Below are positions 37,310-47,524 of a stretch of 64,000 nt of DNA, piece after piece (within the stretch, counting starts at the first letter, position 1; each line of letters opens with the position of its first letter). The position numbers and the translations under genes were made by a program. The notes beneath the pieces were generated by a model. It ran no database searches. It worked only from the letters and a program-made list of their open reading frames with translations, and was not told the DNA's origin. This DNA is from Minisyncoccota bacterium (GTDB lineage: Bacteria; Patescibacteriota; Minisyncoccia; UBA6257; 2-01-FULL-56-20). The stretch is taken from positions 330,338 to 394,337 of the forward strand of contig DATJLR010000002.1 in assembly GCA_035509435.1 (NCBI GenBank). Direction: 5' to 3'.

Positions 37310-38038
37310 TTAAAATTGCAGATATTGCTCCCATTTTGTGTACAGGTCCCTCGTGGCGCGAATGTCACGCACATTATATTTTGCGATGTCCAAAAACTTC
37401 TTCTTTTTGAAGAGAGGGCCCACATCATCACCGGTGACGCCGCTGGCCTTGGGACTTGGAATGCCGAACGCGCGCGACCACAGGTGCAGGCTCCCCTTCC
37501 GCCGCGTGGCGCCATAGAACGAAAGCTGTTCGGCGAGATCAATATGAAGCGCCTCCGGATTGTTTTGGTAGAGATAGCGGCCGCGCATCAGATCCTTCGT
37601 GGGCCTGATGCCGTGCACGGCAGAACGGATCATGATGAACGGCATATCGAACGCGCGGCCGTTAAATGTGATGAATACTTGATACCGTTCCGCGAGCTCC
37701 CAAAACTTTGCGAGCATTTCCTTCTCGGTCATCTGCTTGAAACTGATGCCGTCCTCTTTCACTTCCCCATTCTTCTGTCCGGGGGCCTGATAGTACACCG
37801 CGCCCTCGTTCTTATGATAATCAAGCAAACCGATCGCGACGACCTCGCCGGTGAGCGGCGAGAAGCCGAGGCCGTTTTTGAGGTCCTCAAGCGCGAGCTT
37901 GTATTCCTCCTCGCTCCCCGATTCCCGCTTGATCCACCGAGTGATGTTTTCCTGCGTGGCTTTATCGAGAGCGTCGAAATCCTCGCCGATGGTCTCTATG
38001 TCGATGACGAGCTTGTTGGTTGTTGACATTACCTGCAT
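37310..38038 (-). CDS. DEDD-family 3'-5' exonuclease (RNase H-like fold, PolB-exonuclease-like)
   Basis: Exo I LVIDIETIG, Exo II FNGRAFDMPF, Exo III YNVRDIRATRDLY. Confidence 0.75.
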   Translation of the reverse strand: MQVMSTTNKLVIDIETIGEDFDALDKATQENITRWIKRESGSEEEYKLALEDLKNGLGFSPLTGEVVAIGLLDYHKNEGAVYYQAPGQKNGEVKEDGISFKQMTEKEMLAKFWELAERYQVFITFNGRAFDMPFIMIRSAVHGIRPTKDLMRGRYLYQNNPEALHIDLAEQLSFYGATRRKGSLHLWSRAFGIPSPKASGVTGDDVGPLFKKKKFLDIAKYNVRDIRATRDLYTKWEQYLQF

Positions 38039-38095
38039 TCTAGCATAAAATGGAATGACGTTTGAAACAGCATTTAACGCTTATTTAATCATTCT

Positions 38096-38374
38096 ATGGC
38101 ACATACCAAAGCTATCGGTTCAACCAAATTAGGGCGCGATTCCGTCGCAAAGCGGCTCGGGGTCAAGCTTCAGGACGGCCAGAAAGTGATGGTCGGCCAG
38201 ATCATCATCCGCCAGCGCGGTACCAAGTACACTCCGGGCGCGAATGTCATCCGCGCGGACGATGACACGCTCTTTGCCGGCAAGAACGGCACGGTCAAAT
38301 TCTCCACGAAAATGAAGGGGCACTTTGACGGCTCCCGCCGCAAAGCGACAGTGGTGCAAGTGGTTGCGGCATAA
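38096..38374 (+). CDS. rpmA: 50S ribosomal protein L27
   Basis: [24 protein letters not shown]...[10 protein letters not shown] matches the L27 consensus. Confidence 0.9.
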   Translation: MAHTKAIGSTKLGRDSVAKRLGVKLQDGQKVMVGQIIIRQRGTKYTPGANVIRADDDTLFAGKNGTVKFSTKMKGHFDGSRRKATVVQVVAA

Positions 38375-38467
38375 TATAGTGCCCCTATCAGGCTTACTTG
38401 ACAAAGTATCATTTTAAGTTGATGATAGGATCAGCGCGACGTTCAGATTTCCTTCCCGGAGGATCAC

Positions 38468-38953
38468 GTGCAGATCAAAGCAGGAACTACCCGAATTGTG
38501 GTGCTTTTTGGTGAAAGCGCCATCAAGTTCCCAAGATTCTCTTTGCTTCAGATACTTTTCAACACCATAAAGATCACCCGCTCCCGAGAGGAACGAGGAG
38601 CTTTTATGGGGAGGCATAACGGGAATCCGTTTTCGGCGTTGTGGAAGCGTCTCTCTGTCGGCATCGTGGCGAACCGCAACGAGTATCGCTACTACAACCT
38701 TCACAAAGACCCGCGGGTCATGCCCGTGATCCATCAATGGCTTGGAGGGTTCGTCGTCATCCAGCAAAAAGGTGACCCGGTCTCGTACGATGAGGTCATG
38801 TCAGAAGTTCCGAAGGAACTTCTGACGGACGAATACGACCTTCAAGCGGCCCGCCAGTTTTGCCGGAGCCGTTCCGACCGCCGGGTCGTATTGGTGGATT
38901 TTGGGCAAGAAACCACGACCAATTTTTTGCAGACAACGAGTGTGCAGTCGTAA
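38468..38953 (+). CDS. Hypothetical protein (161 aa), no confident family assignment
   Basis: Coherent ORF ending at a strong bidirectional terminator; motifs GIVANRNEYRYY / WLGGFVVIQQKGD not assignable. Confidence 0.5.
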   Translation: MQIKAGTTRIVVLFGESAIKFPRFSLLQILFNTIKITRSREERGAFMGRHNGNPFSALWKRLSVGIVANRNEYRYYNLHKDPRVMPVIHQWLGGFVVIQQKGDPVSYDEVMSEVPKELLTDEYDLQAARQFCRSRSDRRVVLVDFGQETTTNFLQTTSVQS

Positions 38954-38957
38954 AACA

Positions 38958-38991
38958 AACCGGTGCTTCCCCAGCACCGGTTCTATTTTTT
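38958..38991. terminator. Bidirectional rho-independent terminator (AACCGGUGCUUCCCCAGCACCGGUU, U-runs on both sides)
   Basis: Perfect 9-bp stem between convergent genes (hypothetical + strand gene and rplI). Confidence 0.65.
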
Positions 38992-39000
38992 CGCATCATA

Positions 39001-39450
39001 CTATTCCGCTTTTGCCACCACTATCCCAAGCTTTGCCGTCACGCCTTTCTTGAGGTCGATCGGCACGGAATGTTCGCCAAGTTCCTTGATGGGATATTTG
39101 AGATCGATGTCGATGCGTTCGGCGCCGATCAGTTTGTGTTCCCGAAGCGCCTTTAAGATCGTCTCCTTATTGACCGAGCCAAAGACCGCGCCGGTCTTGT
39201 CGGTCTTGATATCGAACTGGATCTTGGTCTCGTTGATCCTGCGGGCGATGCCCTCCAAATGCGCCATTAATTCCTTATCCTCCTTTTCGTGGGCGGCCTT
39301 TGCAAATTCCACCTTTTTTACCGCGTCGGCCGTGGCCGCCTCGGCGAATTTATTTGGCAAGAGAAAGTTCCGGGCATACCCGTCGCTTACTTCTTTTATT
39401 TCATATTTTTTGCCGACGTTACGCACGTCGCTCAGAAATATAACTTTCAT
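39001..39450 (-). CDS. rplI: 50S ribosomal protein L9
   Basis: MKVIFLSDVRNVGKKYEIKEVSDGYARNFLLP matches the L9 N-domain; the ORF-track N-extension is rejected. Confidence 0.85.
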   Translation of the reverse strand: MKVIFLSDVRNVGKKYEIKEVSDGYARNFLLPNKFAEAATADAVKKVEFAKAAHEKEDKELMAHLEGIARRINETKIQFDIKTDKTGAVFGSVNKETILKALREHKLIGAERIDIDLKYPIKELGEHSVPIDLKKGVTAKLGIVVAKAE

Positions 39451-39469
39451 ACGATCATTATGGAACAGT

Positions 39470-40789
39470 TTATTGGCCGCTCGTGCTGCTCGCCATTGCT
39501 GCCGTGCTTGTCGGGCTCGTGTCCGCCGATGGCGGCAGCGGCGTGCCATCGATCTCGTCAGTCACGATCTGCAACGCTTTGTCGAGTTGCGGATCCTTGC
39601 CGGCCGCAATGTCCGCATCGGTGATCGCCACCGGATAGTTCGGCAGAAGGCCGTCATGGTCGAGGATCCTGCCGTTCGGTAGCACCCAGTGTGCCACGGT
39701 GATCTTGAGCGATGAGCCGTCCGGAAGGTTCTCCAATTGCTGGACCGTCCCCTTGCCGAACGTGCGCGCGCCAACGAGCGGCACGCCGCGATCGTCGTTC
39801 AATGCTCCCGAAAGGATCTCCGCCGCGGACGCGGTGCCGCCGTCGGCCAGGATAGCCATGGGCATAGTGTCCAACGCTCCGCTGCCCGTTGCCGTGTAAT
39901 CCTGTTCAGGCACCGTACGGCCGACCTCCTTTACCACCGGCGATCCCGGCTTGAGGAAATATCCAGCGAGGTCGACTGCCACCTCAAGGTAACCGCCCGG
40001 ATCACCCCGCAAATCTAATACGATCCCCTTTGCATTATCATTCACCGCGCTCTGGAGCGCGTTATAGAACAAGCTGTCGGAGTCCTGTGTGAATTCATTC
40101 AGTTGGATATCGGCGATGCTCCCTTTCATTGAAAATTCCACGGTCGGCACTTGGATATTTGCGCGGGTGATCGTAAAGTTCTTCGGCGCGCTCCATCCGC
40201 TGCGCAGGATGCCGAGCGTCACTTTTGTGCCGACGTCGCCGCGGATCAGGTTCACCGCATCGTCCACATTCATGTCCGCCGTCGAGGTGCCATTGATGGA
40301 CGTGATGATGTCCTGCGGCTCCAATCCCGCCGCGAATGCCGGCGTGCTGCTGATCGCCTCGATGATGACGATCTGCGTGCTGCTGTTCTCGCCGAGCTCA
40401 GCACCGATCCCGCCGAAATTGCCGGTGATATCCTGCTGGAACTGGTTACTGTCCGCCGGCGTGAAAAATTCCGTATACGGATCGCCGAGCGACGAGACCA
40501 TGCCGTTGATCGCGCCGTACATCATATCCTGCGGCGTCGTGCTGGGGATCCAGAGCGATTCGTTCTGCAAGTCCTGCCATGCCGCCCAGAACGTGTCGAA
40601 GTCCGCCGCGCTCGCCGTCGACGTCCCCGGATTGATGTTCGCCGCCTCCGTCACGACGATGTCCTTTGGATAGTTTCGCCCTGCCGTCCATCCGATCCAC
40701 ACCCCGCTCCCTAATATCACTGCCGCCAAAACGACGATCGCAACGATCTCGAGGATTCGTTTTTTGGTCTCGCGGGTCATGGGGTTCAT
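39470..40789 (-). CDS. ctpA: Carboxyl-terminal processing protease (S41 family) with N-terminal TM anchor and PDZ domain
   Basis: S41 motifs LDLRGDPGG and GGTASAAEI, GARTFGKG. Confidence 0.85.
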   Translation of the reverse strand: MNPMTRETKKRILEIVAIVVLAAVILGSGVWIGWTAGRNYPKDIVVTEAANINPGTSTASAADFDTFWAAWQDLQNESLWIPSTTPQDMMYGAINGMVSSLGDPYTEFFTPADSNQFQQDITGNFGGIGAELGENSSTQIVIIEAISSTPAFAAGLEPQDIITSINGTSTADMNVDDAVNLIRGDVGTKVTLGILRSGWSAPKNFTITRANIQVPTVEFSMKGSIADIQLNEFTQDSDSLFYNALQSAVNDNAKGIVLDLRGDPGGYLEVAVDLAGYFLKPGSPVVKEVGRTVPEQDYTATGSGALDTMPMAILADGGTASAAEILSGALNDDRGVPLVGARTFGKGTVQQLENLPDGSSLKITVAHWVLPNGRILDHDGLLPNYPVAITDADIAAGKDPQLDKALQIVTDEIDGTPLPPSADTSPTSTAAMASSTSGQ

Positions 40790-40861
40790 TTTACCATGGA
40801 GTGCAATAAAAGAAAGGGTCCCGCGCGAAACGCACGGGACCCGTGTTATCAAAACGTTATT

Positions 40862-41089
40862 TCAACTCCCACCGAACTCAGCAGCTTCCGGAACGATGAA
40901 AAGAAAAGCCATCGCGAACAATTCCGCGACAACCCAGCCCATCAGAGCGAAGACAACCCAGTGATTCCTCCCTTGCTGCTCCCATCGGTCAAGGAAACCC
41001 CCCAACAACACCACGCCCATTGAGGTCAGCAACAGAGTGTGGGAAATCGCAGTTGCGATCTGGACCCGCCTAATTCCTGACTTCGTCAT
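40862..41089 (-). CDS. Hypothetical small membrane protein (75 aa, 2 TM)
   Basis: Short hydrophobic ORF; no other support. Confidence 0.4.
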   Translation of the reverse strand: MTKSGIRRVQIATAISHTLLLTSMGVVLLGGFLDRWEQQGRNHWVVFALMGWVVAELFAMAFLFIVPEAAEFGGS

Positions 41090-41167
41090 ATCGATACCCT
41101 CCTAGCAAACATTATAATATTAATAAAATCATTTGTCAATTATCTTCAAATGCGTTAGAATGGTTCC

Positions 41168-41467
41168 ATGGCACGGATGCGCGGGAAATACGTTGCCGAG
41201 CTCAAGCGCCGTGGCAAGGAGTCGCATGTTTACAAGAAATACCAGCTCATCGGCCTTGAGATCGCGCAAATATTGGGCGACGAAAAGCATAAAGCGCTCT
41301 ATATCAAGCTCGCCAAGGAGCATGATGCGGACACGCTGATGCGCCTCGCAAAGGACGTCGCCGATCGCACGAACGTAAAGAACAAAGGCGCATACTTCAT
41401 GACCGTACTTAAGGAGGAGGTCACGGCACAGTACCGCGTCACGAAAAAACAGACCAAAACGAAATAA
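41168..41467 (+). CDS. Hypothetical small basic protein (99 aa)
   Basis: Lys/Arg-rich ORF immediately upstream of def with a 1-nt gap; possible nucleic-acid-binding. Confidence 0.5.
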   Translation: MARMRGKYVAELKRRGKESHVYKKYQLIGLEIAQILGDEKHKALYIKLAKEHDADTLMRLAKDVADRTNVKNKGAYFMTVLKEEVTAQYRVTKKQTKTK

Positions 41468-41468
41468 C

Positions 41469-41972
41469 ATGGCACCCGAGATCGTCACTATCGCGCAGAA
41501 GAGAGACGAGAAATTTCTGCGGAAAAAGACCGTTCCGTTCGATTTCAAAAAATTCACCCGAAAAGAGATCAATGACCTGATCATGCGCATGCAACGCGCC
41601 ATGCACGCGGCGAACGGCATCGGCCTTTCCGCGAACCAGATCGGGCTCACGTTCTCGGTGTTCGTGGCCGAAGTGCCCGACGCGCAGGGCGGCACGAAGT
41701 TCTATGCCGTGTTCAACCCTAAAATAGAGAAGTCCAGCAAGGAGCTGATCACGTTCGAGGAAGGATGCCTGAGCGTGCCGGGCAAATGGGGCGATGTCAC
41801 GCGCTCGGAGCAGATCATCGTGAGCGGTTACAACAAGATGGGCAAGCCGGTGAAGGTAAAGGCATGGGGATTGCTCTCGCGCGTCTTCCAGCACGAGATC
41901 GACCATCTGAACGGAAAGCTTTTCATCGACCGCGCCAAAAGTGTGCACGAATCGGAACAAACTTCCGAATGA
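41469..41972 (+). CDS. def: Peptide deformylase
   Basis: Motif 1 GIGLSANQIG, motif 2 EGCLSVPG, motif 3 HEIDHLNG. Confidence 0.9.
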   Translation: MAPEIVTIAQKRDEKFLRKKTVPFDFKKFTRKEINDLIMRMQRAMHAANGIGLSANQIGLTFSVFVAEVPDAQGGTKFYAVFNPKIEKSSKELITFEEGCLSVPGKWGDVTRSEQIIVSGYNKMGKPVKVKAWGLLSRVFQHEIDHLNGKLFIDRAKSVHESEQTSE

Positions 41973-41989
41973 TATTGGATTAAATAACG

Positions 41990-42838
41990 ATGAAATACGT
42001 TTTCTTTGGAACGCCGAGATTTGCGGAGATCGTGCTCGGCGGCCTGATAGACGCGGGTATGGTGCCTACAGCGATCGTGTGCAATCCCGACCGGCCGCTC
42101 GGCCGGAAAAAGGTCATAACTCCCCCACCGACAAAACTCCTGGCCCTTAAAGCTTCGCCGGACATCGACATCATCCAGCCGGAAGCGCTTGATGAAATAT
42201 TCATAAAACGGCTTCGTGCGCTCGAACCGGATTTTTTCGTCGTTGCGGCATATGCGAAGATAATTCCCCAGGCGGTGCTTGATATCCCCCGTCTCGGCAC
42301 GCTTGGCACGCATCCTTCGCTTCTGCCTGCGTATCGGGGCGCGTCGCCCATCCAGTCCGTGATCCTTGCCGGCGAGACGAAAACCGGCGTGACCATTTAC
42401 CAGATGGATGCCAAAATGGACCACGGCCCGATCCTCGCGCAGGAGGAGATCCCGCTTGATCCGCTTATCACGAATTATCTTGCGCTTGAAGAGCGTCTTG
42501 CCGTCCTGTCGGGAAAATTGTTGGTAAAAACCATTCCCGCGCTTCTTGATGGCAATGTCGCACCGCGCGTCCAGGACGAGTCGCGCGCGACATTCACAAA
42601 AAAATTCACGACCGATAACGGCTTCGTGGAACAGTCAGAGCTCGATCCCGCGATCGCGGGCAATAGCGACAAAGCGGAACTGATCGTGCGAACGATCAAT
42701 GCGCTCAATCCGGAGCCGGGGGCGTGGACGCTGCAGAACGGCAAGCGCGTGAAACTGCTTGAAGCGCGGATGGACGGCGGCGCACTGAAACTGATGGCCA
42801 TCCAGGAGGACGGCCAGAAGCCAAGACGGCTTCTCTAA
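41990..42838 (+). CDS. fmt: Methionyl-tRNA formyltransferase
   Basis: N-terminal formyltransferase domain with [10 protein letters not shown] motif; def-fmt operon. Confidence 0.9.
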   Translation: MKYVFFGTPRFAEIVLGGLIDAGMVPTAIVCNPDRPLGRKKVITPPPTKLLALKASPDIDIIQPEALDEIFIKRLRALEPDFFVVAAYAKIIPQAVLDIPRLGTLGTHPSLLPAYRGASPIQSVILAGETKTGVTIYQMDAKMDHGPILAQEEIPLDPLITNYLALEERLAVLSGKLLVKTIPALLDGNVAPRVQDESRATFTKKFTTDNGFVEQSELDPAIAGNSDKAELIVRTINALNPEPGAWTLQNGKRVKLLEARMDGGALKLMAIQEDGQKPRRLL

Positions 42839-43452
42839 TTTGCCACAGCGAACTTTTGTCCCACCGCTTCCCAATCCACTACGTTCCACCACGCGTCGAT
42901 ATAATCCGGCCGCTTGTTCTGGTATTTCAGATAATAAGCGTGCTCCCAAACATCGAGGCCGAGCACCGGCACTTGCTTCTTCATGAGCGGACTATCCTGG
43001 TTTGGCGTTGAGGTGACGGCCAGCTTTCCGCCTTCCTCGCGAACAAGCCATGCCCACCCCGAGCCAAAGACCCCGCCGACGGCCTTCGTAAAATCTTCTT
43101 TGAACCTCTCAAATCCGCCCAGATCGGTCTCTATCGCGGCAGCCAGCGTGGCGCCCGGCTTGCCGTTCTTGTCCGCCGGTCCCATGATCGTCCAAAAGAA
43201 CGAATGATTGCTGTGGCCGCCGCCATGATTGCGCACTGCAGTACGGATATCTTCCGGCACGATCGTGTCAATGCCCGCGAGCAGCTCCTCGAGCGGCCGC
43301 TCGGCGATCTCCGGATGTTTCTCGAGCGCCTCGTTCAATTTGTTGATGTACGCCTGATGATGTTTTGTATAATGGATCTCCATCGTCTTCGCGTCGATGT
43401 ACGGCTCCAATGCATCATATCCGTACGGCAATTTTGGCAATTCATATTTCAT
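42835..43452 (-). CDS. sodA: Fe/Mn superoxide dismutase
   Basis: [23 protein letters not shown], metal ligands and DVWEHAYY motif. Confidence 0.9.
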   Translation of the reverse strand: MKYELPKLPYGYDALEPYIDAKTMEIHYTKHHQAYINKLNEALEKHPEIAERPLEELLAGIDTIVPEDIRTAVRNHGGGHSNHSFFWTIMGPADKNGKPGATLAAAIETDLGGFERFKEDFTKAVGGVFGSGWAWLVREEGGKLAVTSTPNQDSPLMKKQVPVLGLDVWEHAYYLKYQNKRPDYIDAWWNVVDWEAVGQKFAVAN

Positions 43453-43566
43453 GATTTTTTAAATTGATTAAATTTTTGTTAAAAATTGTTTGCAATTCTG
43501 ACCTGACACGACCATGATTCATTATACAATCTATTGCCGTGAAAAATAACCTAGAGAGAACTGCCG

Positions 43567-43596
43567 TTGCCGGGTGGACACAGGGCGTGGTAGAAT
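43567..43596 (+). promoter_or_regulatory. Sigma70-like promoter for tRNA-Gln(UUG) (TTGCCG, 18-nt spacer, TAGAAT)
   Basis: Hexamers 12 nt upstream of the tRNA 5' end. Confidence 0.35.
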
Positions 43597-43608
43597 CCTT
43601 TCGTTAAT

Positions 43609-43681
43609 TGGGGGGTGGTGTAATTGGTAACACGTCTGCCTTTGGAGCAGAAGACTTCAGGTTCGAGCCCTGGCCCCCCAG
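43609..43681 (+). tRNA. tRNA-Gln (anticodon TTG)
   Basis: Acceptor TGGGGGG/CCCCCCA, anticodon stem TCTGC/GCAGA with loop CT-TTG-GA, T-arm TCAGG-TTCGAGC-CCTGG; CCA not encoded. Confidence 0.8.
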
Positions 43682-43816
43682 CCTCTTAGGACGCAGTATC
43701 GTGCGTCCAGGGAGCGTCAAACTCCCTTATATTTCAGCGGATCAATTTTTGATTTTTTGACCCTTTCCGGACGCGGTATCGGTGGAAAAAATGTAGTACG
43801 GGTCGTGGACCCAGAA
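43679..43816 (+). repeat. Repeat copy A (attL-like): core CAGCCTCTTAGGACGCAGTATCGTGCGTCCAGGGAGCGTC starting at the tRNA-Gln 3' end, plus ~100-nt right arm shared with copy B
   Basis: Direct comparison of the three copies in sequence; core contains a perfect 7-bp inverted repeat GGACGCA/TGCGTCC. Confidence 0.7.
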
Positions 43817-43841
43817 CCAAGTATCAATAATTCTCCTTTTT

Positions 43842-44366
43842 CTAATCGCTTTTTATTATCTCAATAATTTTTCCTACTACGCCATCAAGGTCCCCTTCGG
43901 TGTTAACCGGGATCGCCCCCAGTGAGAGAAGCAACGGATCGTATTCTTTTTGCCACTCGATATTATCCTCCTGTTCCGCCTCCGTCTTCCCATAGCCGGA
44001 CTTGTTGACCCTCGTCCGCATCCGATGAACGAGCGTCTCGGGATTGCTTTGGAGTAGTATTATTTTGTCGAAGAGCGAGAAGAATTCATTTTGGTTGCTG
44101 CCGCTCGTGCTGCCAACCATGACGACTGCCGGGTTTTGCTCGAGCATCTCTTTCACTTTCCCAATATCGCAAAGCCGATCCACCGTATCGAACCAATCCT
44201 TTGAATGGACGGGTGCGTACTCAACCGCCATCTTGGTTTTCTTGTCTTGCCAGAAAAATACGCCGGGTACGTCATGGAGGTCGATGGCCTGGATCCCTTT
44301 TCCATTCAGCGCTTTCGCGATCGTGGATTTTCCGGTTCCGGCTATGCCCGTGATCAGGACTTTCAT
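43842..44366 (-). CDS. P-loop NTPase / nucleoside-nucleotide kinase-like protein (islet 1)
   Basis: Walker A ITGIAGTGKST at N-terminus, adenylate-kinase-like size (174 aa). Confidence 0.65.
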   Translation of the reverse strand: MKVLITGIAGTGKSTIAKALNGKGIQAIDLHDVPGVFFWQDKKTKMAVEYAPVHSKDWFDTVDRLCDIGKVKEMLEQNPAVVMVGSTSGSNQNEFFSLFDKIILLQSNPETLVHRMRTRVNKSGYGKTEAEQEDNIEWQKEYDPLLLSLGAIPVNTEGDLDGVVGKIIEIIKSD

Positions 44367-44368
44367 GT

Positions 44369-44917
44369 TCAGTCGACCAGTTTAGCTATTAAAGGGAATT
44401 CCTTATACGGCTGCTTGAACGTTCCCGACCCCATATGCCCTTCGCCGTGAAGAATGATCTGCGTCCCTCCGAGATGGTCGAACATGATCTTTCCTTGAAC
44501 GTCGCTGCATTTCCAGGGGTCGTTGTCCGAGTTGATGAAAATAATATCCTTTACGTGGGACTTTATGACGTCCCATTTCAGTTCGTCCTTCGCGTCGCTT
44601 GCTGCAGTTTTCGGCAGCGCCTCGGCGTATCCAGCGACGAGGATCGCCTGTTTTACCCGGACATCAACCTTTTCAAGGATATGCAGGATGAGCGCGGATC
44701 CTTTCGAGTGGCCGACGAGCACGGTGTCTTCAGAAATCGTGCCGTTCTTGAGGGCGAAAGGAAGCCACTCTTCGACGTTCGGTTTGTCCGCATTGGGGAG
44801 CTGAGGAAGCCATACGGAATACCCGCGAGCTTCCAGCTTCTCTTTTAAATAAGGAAACCAAAACTCGTCAGGGCGTGTTCCCATGCCATGAAAGATAATT
44901 GCGTTCTTTGTCGGCAT
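44369..44917 (-). CDS. Alpha/beta-fold serine hydrolase of the YdeN/RBBP9-like family (islet 1)
   Basis: Nucleophile elbow GHSKG, 182 aa, IIFHGMG N-terminal strand. Confidence 0.7.
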   Translation of the reverse strand: MPTKNAIIFHGMGTRPDEFWFPYLKEKLEARGYSVWLPQLPNADKPNVEEWLPFALKNGTISEDTVLVGHSKGSALILHILEKVDVRVKQAILVAGYAEALPKTAASDAKDELKWDVIKSHVKDIIFINSDNDPWKCSDVQGKIMFDHLGGTQIILHGEGHMGSGTFKQPYKEFPLIAKLVD

Positions 44918-44923
44918 AACGAT

Positions 44924-45673
44924 TTATTGATATCCCCCATCCACCTTGAGCGTCTGCCCGGTGATGTTGTTCGCGTCCTCGGAGGCGAAGAAAAGCACCG
45001 GCCGCGCGATCTCCTCCGGCGTGGCGAATTTTTTGCGGGCGATGCGCGCGGTCTCTTCGGCGATGAATTCCGGCGGGAGCAGTGCATTCATATCGGTATC
45101 CACCCATCCCGGCGCAACGGAGTTTACAAGGATATCCGGGGCAAGTTCTTCCGCTAGATTTCTTGTCATGCTTATAAGGCCTGCTTTCGCCGCGTCGTAA
45201 TCGATCGATTCGGGCGACGTGGTATCAACCCCGTTGGTCGAGGAGATATTGATGATCCTTCCCCACTTCTGCTTCTTCATGATGGGGATGACCGCCTTGG
45301 CGCAGATGAACGGACCGATGAGATCGACCGCCAGCATCTTCTGCCAATCCTCGACGGTCTTCTCGGAAAACCGCTTGTCGACGACGATCCCGGCGTTGTT
45401 GACGAGAATATCAACCCGGCCGAATTTCTCCATCCCCGCCGCGACCATTTTCCCCACTTCTTCTTCCAACGAGACGTCCGCCTGATAGATCAGGGCATGA
45501 CCGCCCGATGACTCGATCTGGCCCGCAACCTCCTCGGCCTTCCCCTTTTCCTTGAAAAAGTTAACGACGACGTTGGCACCCTCCTTACCGAATTCGAGGG
45601 CAATGGCCCTGCCGATCCCACGGCTCCCGCCGGTCACGATCACCGTCTTTCCTTCGAATCGCTTGGCATTCAT
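44924..45673 (-). CDS. SDR-family oxidoreductase, FabG-like (islet 1)
   Basis: TGGSRGIG, NNAG, catalytic YDAAK; 249 aa. Confidence 0.85.
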   Translation of the reverse strand: MNAKRFEGKTVIVTGGSRGIGRAIALEFGKEGANVVVNFFKEKGKAEEVAGQIESSGGHALIYQADVSLEEEVGKMVAAGMEKFGRVDILVNNAGIVVDKRFSEKTVEDWQKMLAVDLIGPFICAKAVIPIMKKQKWGRIINISSTNGVDTTSPESIDYDAAKAGLISMTRNLAEELAPDILVNSVAPGWVDTDMNALLPPEFIAEETARIARKKFATPEEIARPVLFFASEDANNITGQTLKVDGGYQ

Positions 45674-45717
45674 GGGTTTATAATAGCATCAGAGAAGCTT
45701 CTTGAATATACGGGCGG

Positions 45718-45874
45718 TTGCGAATCGTTGCCGGGCAGCCTCTTAGGACGCAGTATCGTGCGTCCAGGGAGCGTCATTTGCTCCCAGGTTTCATCGAATC
45801 AATTTTCGATTTTTTGACCCATCGTGAACGCGGTATCGGTGGAAAAAACGTAGTACGGGTCGTGGACCCAGAAC
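45718..45874 (+). repeat. Repeat copy B (attP-like hybrid): left arm TTGCGAATCGTTGCCGGG shared with copy C, core, right arm shared with copy A
   Basis: Sequence comparison; the shared right arm runs from ATCAATTTTcGATTTTTTGACCC through GTAGTACGGGTCGTGGACCCAGAAC. Confidence 0.7.
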
Positions 45875-45996
45875 TGAAAACAAATTTTCTTGGGAAAGGT
45901 AACCAGTTCCCAGTTCTGAGCGCTTTATAAAAATAGGAAAGGCCTGACGCAAAGAATCTTTCGATTCTCCATGTCAGGCCAGTTGTATAAGTGTAT

Positions 45997-46602
45997 CTAT
46001 GATGCGCGCTCTGCGATGAGCGAGTTCGGCTTGCGTAGCGCAAGGAGTCCGATTGCCGCATGCTGCACGAAGCACATGATCGGGTTCGCCAGATCTGCCG
46101 GATGTCCTTCCCACCGCAGTATCACTACCACGATGCTGAGAACAAATGCGAAGGCCCAGATCAGCCACGGTGCGGCCGGCTCGTTGCGAGAATCCTTCAT
46201 GACATTCCGATAGGTCGGGAGAAATCCGAGGATGTAGCATCCCTGAAGGATCAGGTTTGCGTACATGGCGGAATGGAACATCCACCACGCGCCCAAGGAC
46301 AAGGCTCCGACGACCAGGATCAGCTTGTCGGGAAGGTCGAGCTTCGATCCCCTGCCCTTGCGGAGCAAGAGGATGGTGAGGGTTACGAGACAGATGAAGC
46401 AGTCGGTAAACGCCACGACCGTCTTCACCCAATCGCCGCTCATCACGAGATAACTCGAGGAGTTGATCACCGTGATGAAGCTGAACAATGCCCAACTGAC
46501 GATGCTCGGGCTGGTCTTTCCAGCGAGCATGTCCTTGTTGTACATCACGAACGCGATCAAGAAGATCACGCTTGCTACCAACGTCAGGACCGTAGCCATC
46601 AT
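45997..46602 (-). CDS. Polytopic membrane protein, paralog family 1 of 2 (islet 2)
   Basis: Start at MMATV with RBS AAGGAGGGAG 6 nt upstream; clearly homologous to the + strand membrane protein at 47525-48136 (shared GK..P...SW.L.SFI ... AWW blocks). Confidence 0.65.
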   Translation of the reverse strand: MMATVLTLVASVIFLIAFVMYNKDMLAGKTSPSIVSWALFSFITVINSSSYLVMSGDWVKTVVAFTDCFICLVTLTILLLRKGRGSKLDLPDKLILVVGALSLGAWWMFHSAMYANLILQGCYILGFLPTYRNVMKDSRNEPAAPWLIWAFAFVLSIVVVILRWEGHPADLANPIMCFVQHAAIGLLALRKPNSLIAERAS

Positions 46603-46730
46603 GGCGACTCCCTCCTTTTCTGTGAATTTTGAAATGTACTGCCACTCCGTCAGAGGCCGCAAATTTCATTCGTGGACTCTGGTGAGTGGGCGATGCGACG
46701 GGGTTTATCCCATAGCATCGCCCGAACGGT

Positions 46731-47381
46731 TCAGAATGCGGAGATCCGCAGTCCGAACCCAACTGATACTTTTTTTGAACTGTCATTCAGGACGAAGAGT
46801 CCCGGCAAGAAATGCGGCGTCCGTTTGGGATGGACGAGAACCCAATTCTCGTTGTAGTACGAGCCGCCGGGGAAGATCCTGATGTACGACTCGATGTGCC
46901 ATCCGAGGTTTTTGCTCAGCGCGAAGGTATTGGTCCCTCCGGCGACGAGCAGATTATTCGGGCGTACGCCTTCGAAGCGGGGAAGCGCGGTGACGAACAT
47001 GAATGCCATCGGCTTCTTCAGCTGCGGGGCGATCGCAATCGGATTGATGCGCGGCCCGATCTGCACGAAGTGAGTGCCCTTGTTCGGTGCGCCACCGACT
47101 TCGGTATGCACCGAAAACCATGATGCCTCGCTTGGCGTGTAGATGATGAGATGATTCGTGAAGAACGGCTCGTAGGGAGCCACTTCTCCAAAACCATATC
47201 CGCTCATCCTCCCTGTCGGGATCTTCAAGCTCCATCCATACTGCGGATAGAACACCGCTCCGTCACTGCCCCCGAATTGATCGCTATACAGATGCAGCGA
47301 TGCCTTCGGGGTCTCTTGGGCATGCAGGCCCGTGGCTGCTACTGCAAGGGTTAAGGCGATCGTAAGGACAATGCGTTTCAC
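46731..47381 (-). CDS. Secreted beta-rich protein with signal peptide and C-terminal ...RISAF (aromatic terminal residue; beta-barrel-like) (islet 2)
   Basis: GTG start with GGAG RBS gives MKRIVLTIALTLAVAATGLHAQ signal peptide; alternating hydrophobic pattern; terminal Phe. Confidence 0.55.
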   Translation of the reverse strand: MKRIVLTIALTLAVAATGLHAQETPKASLHLYSDQFGGSDGAVFYPQYGWSLKIPTGRMSGYGFGEVAPYEPFFTNHLIIYTPSEASWFSVHTEVGGAPNKGTHFVQIGPRINPIAIAPQLKKPMAFMFVTALPRFEGVRPNNLLVAGGTNTFALSKNLGWHIESYIRIFPGGSYYNENWVLVHPKRTPHFLPGLFVLNDSSKKVSVGFGLRISAF

Positions 47382-47524
47382 GGCTGATCTCCATTTCTGA
47401 CAGTCTTCAATTGTTCCCAGACTGCTGGGAATATTATAGCATGTATATATTGACATTGTCAAGCCTGTGTGGTATGCTAAACCCAGCTCGTCACAACGAG
47501 TTATTTCAGCAAAGGAGGTGCGGC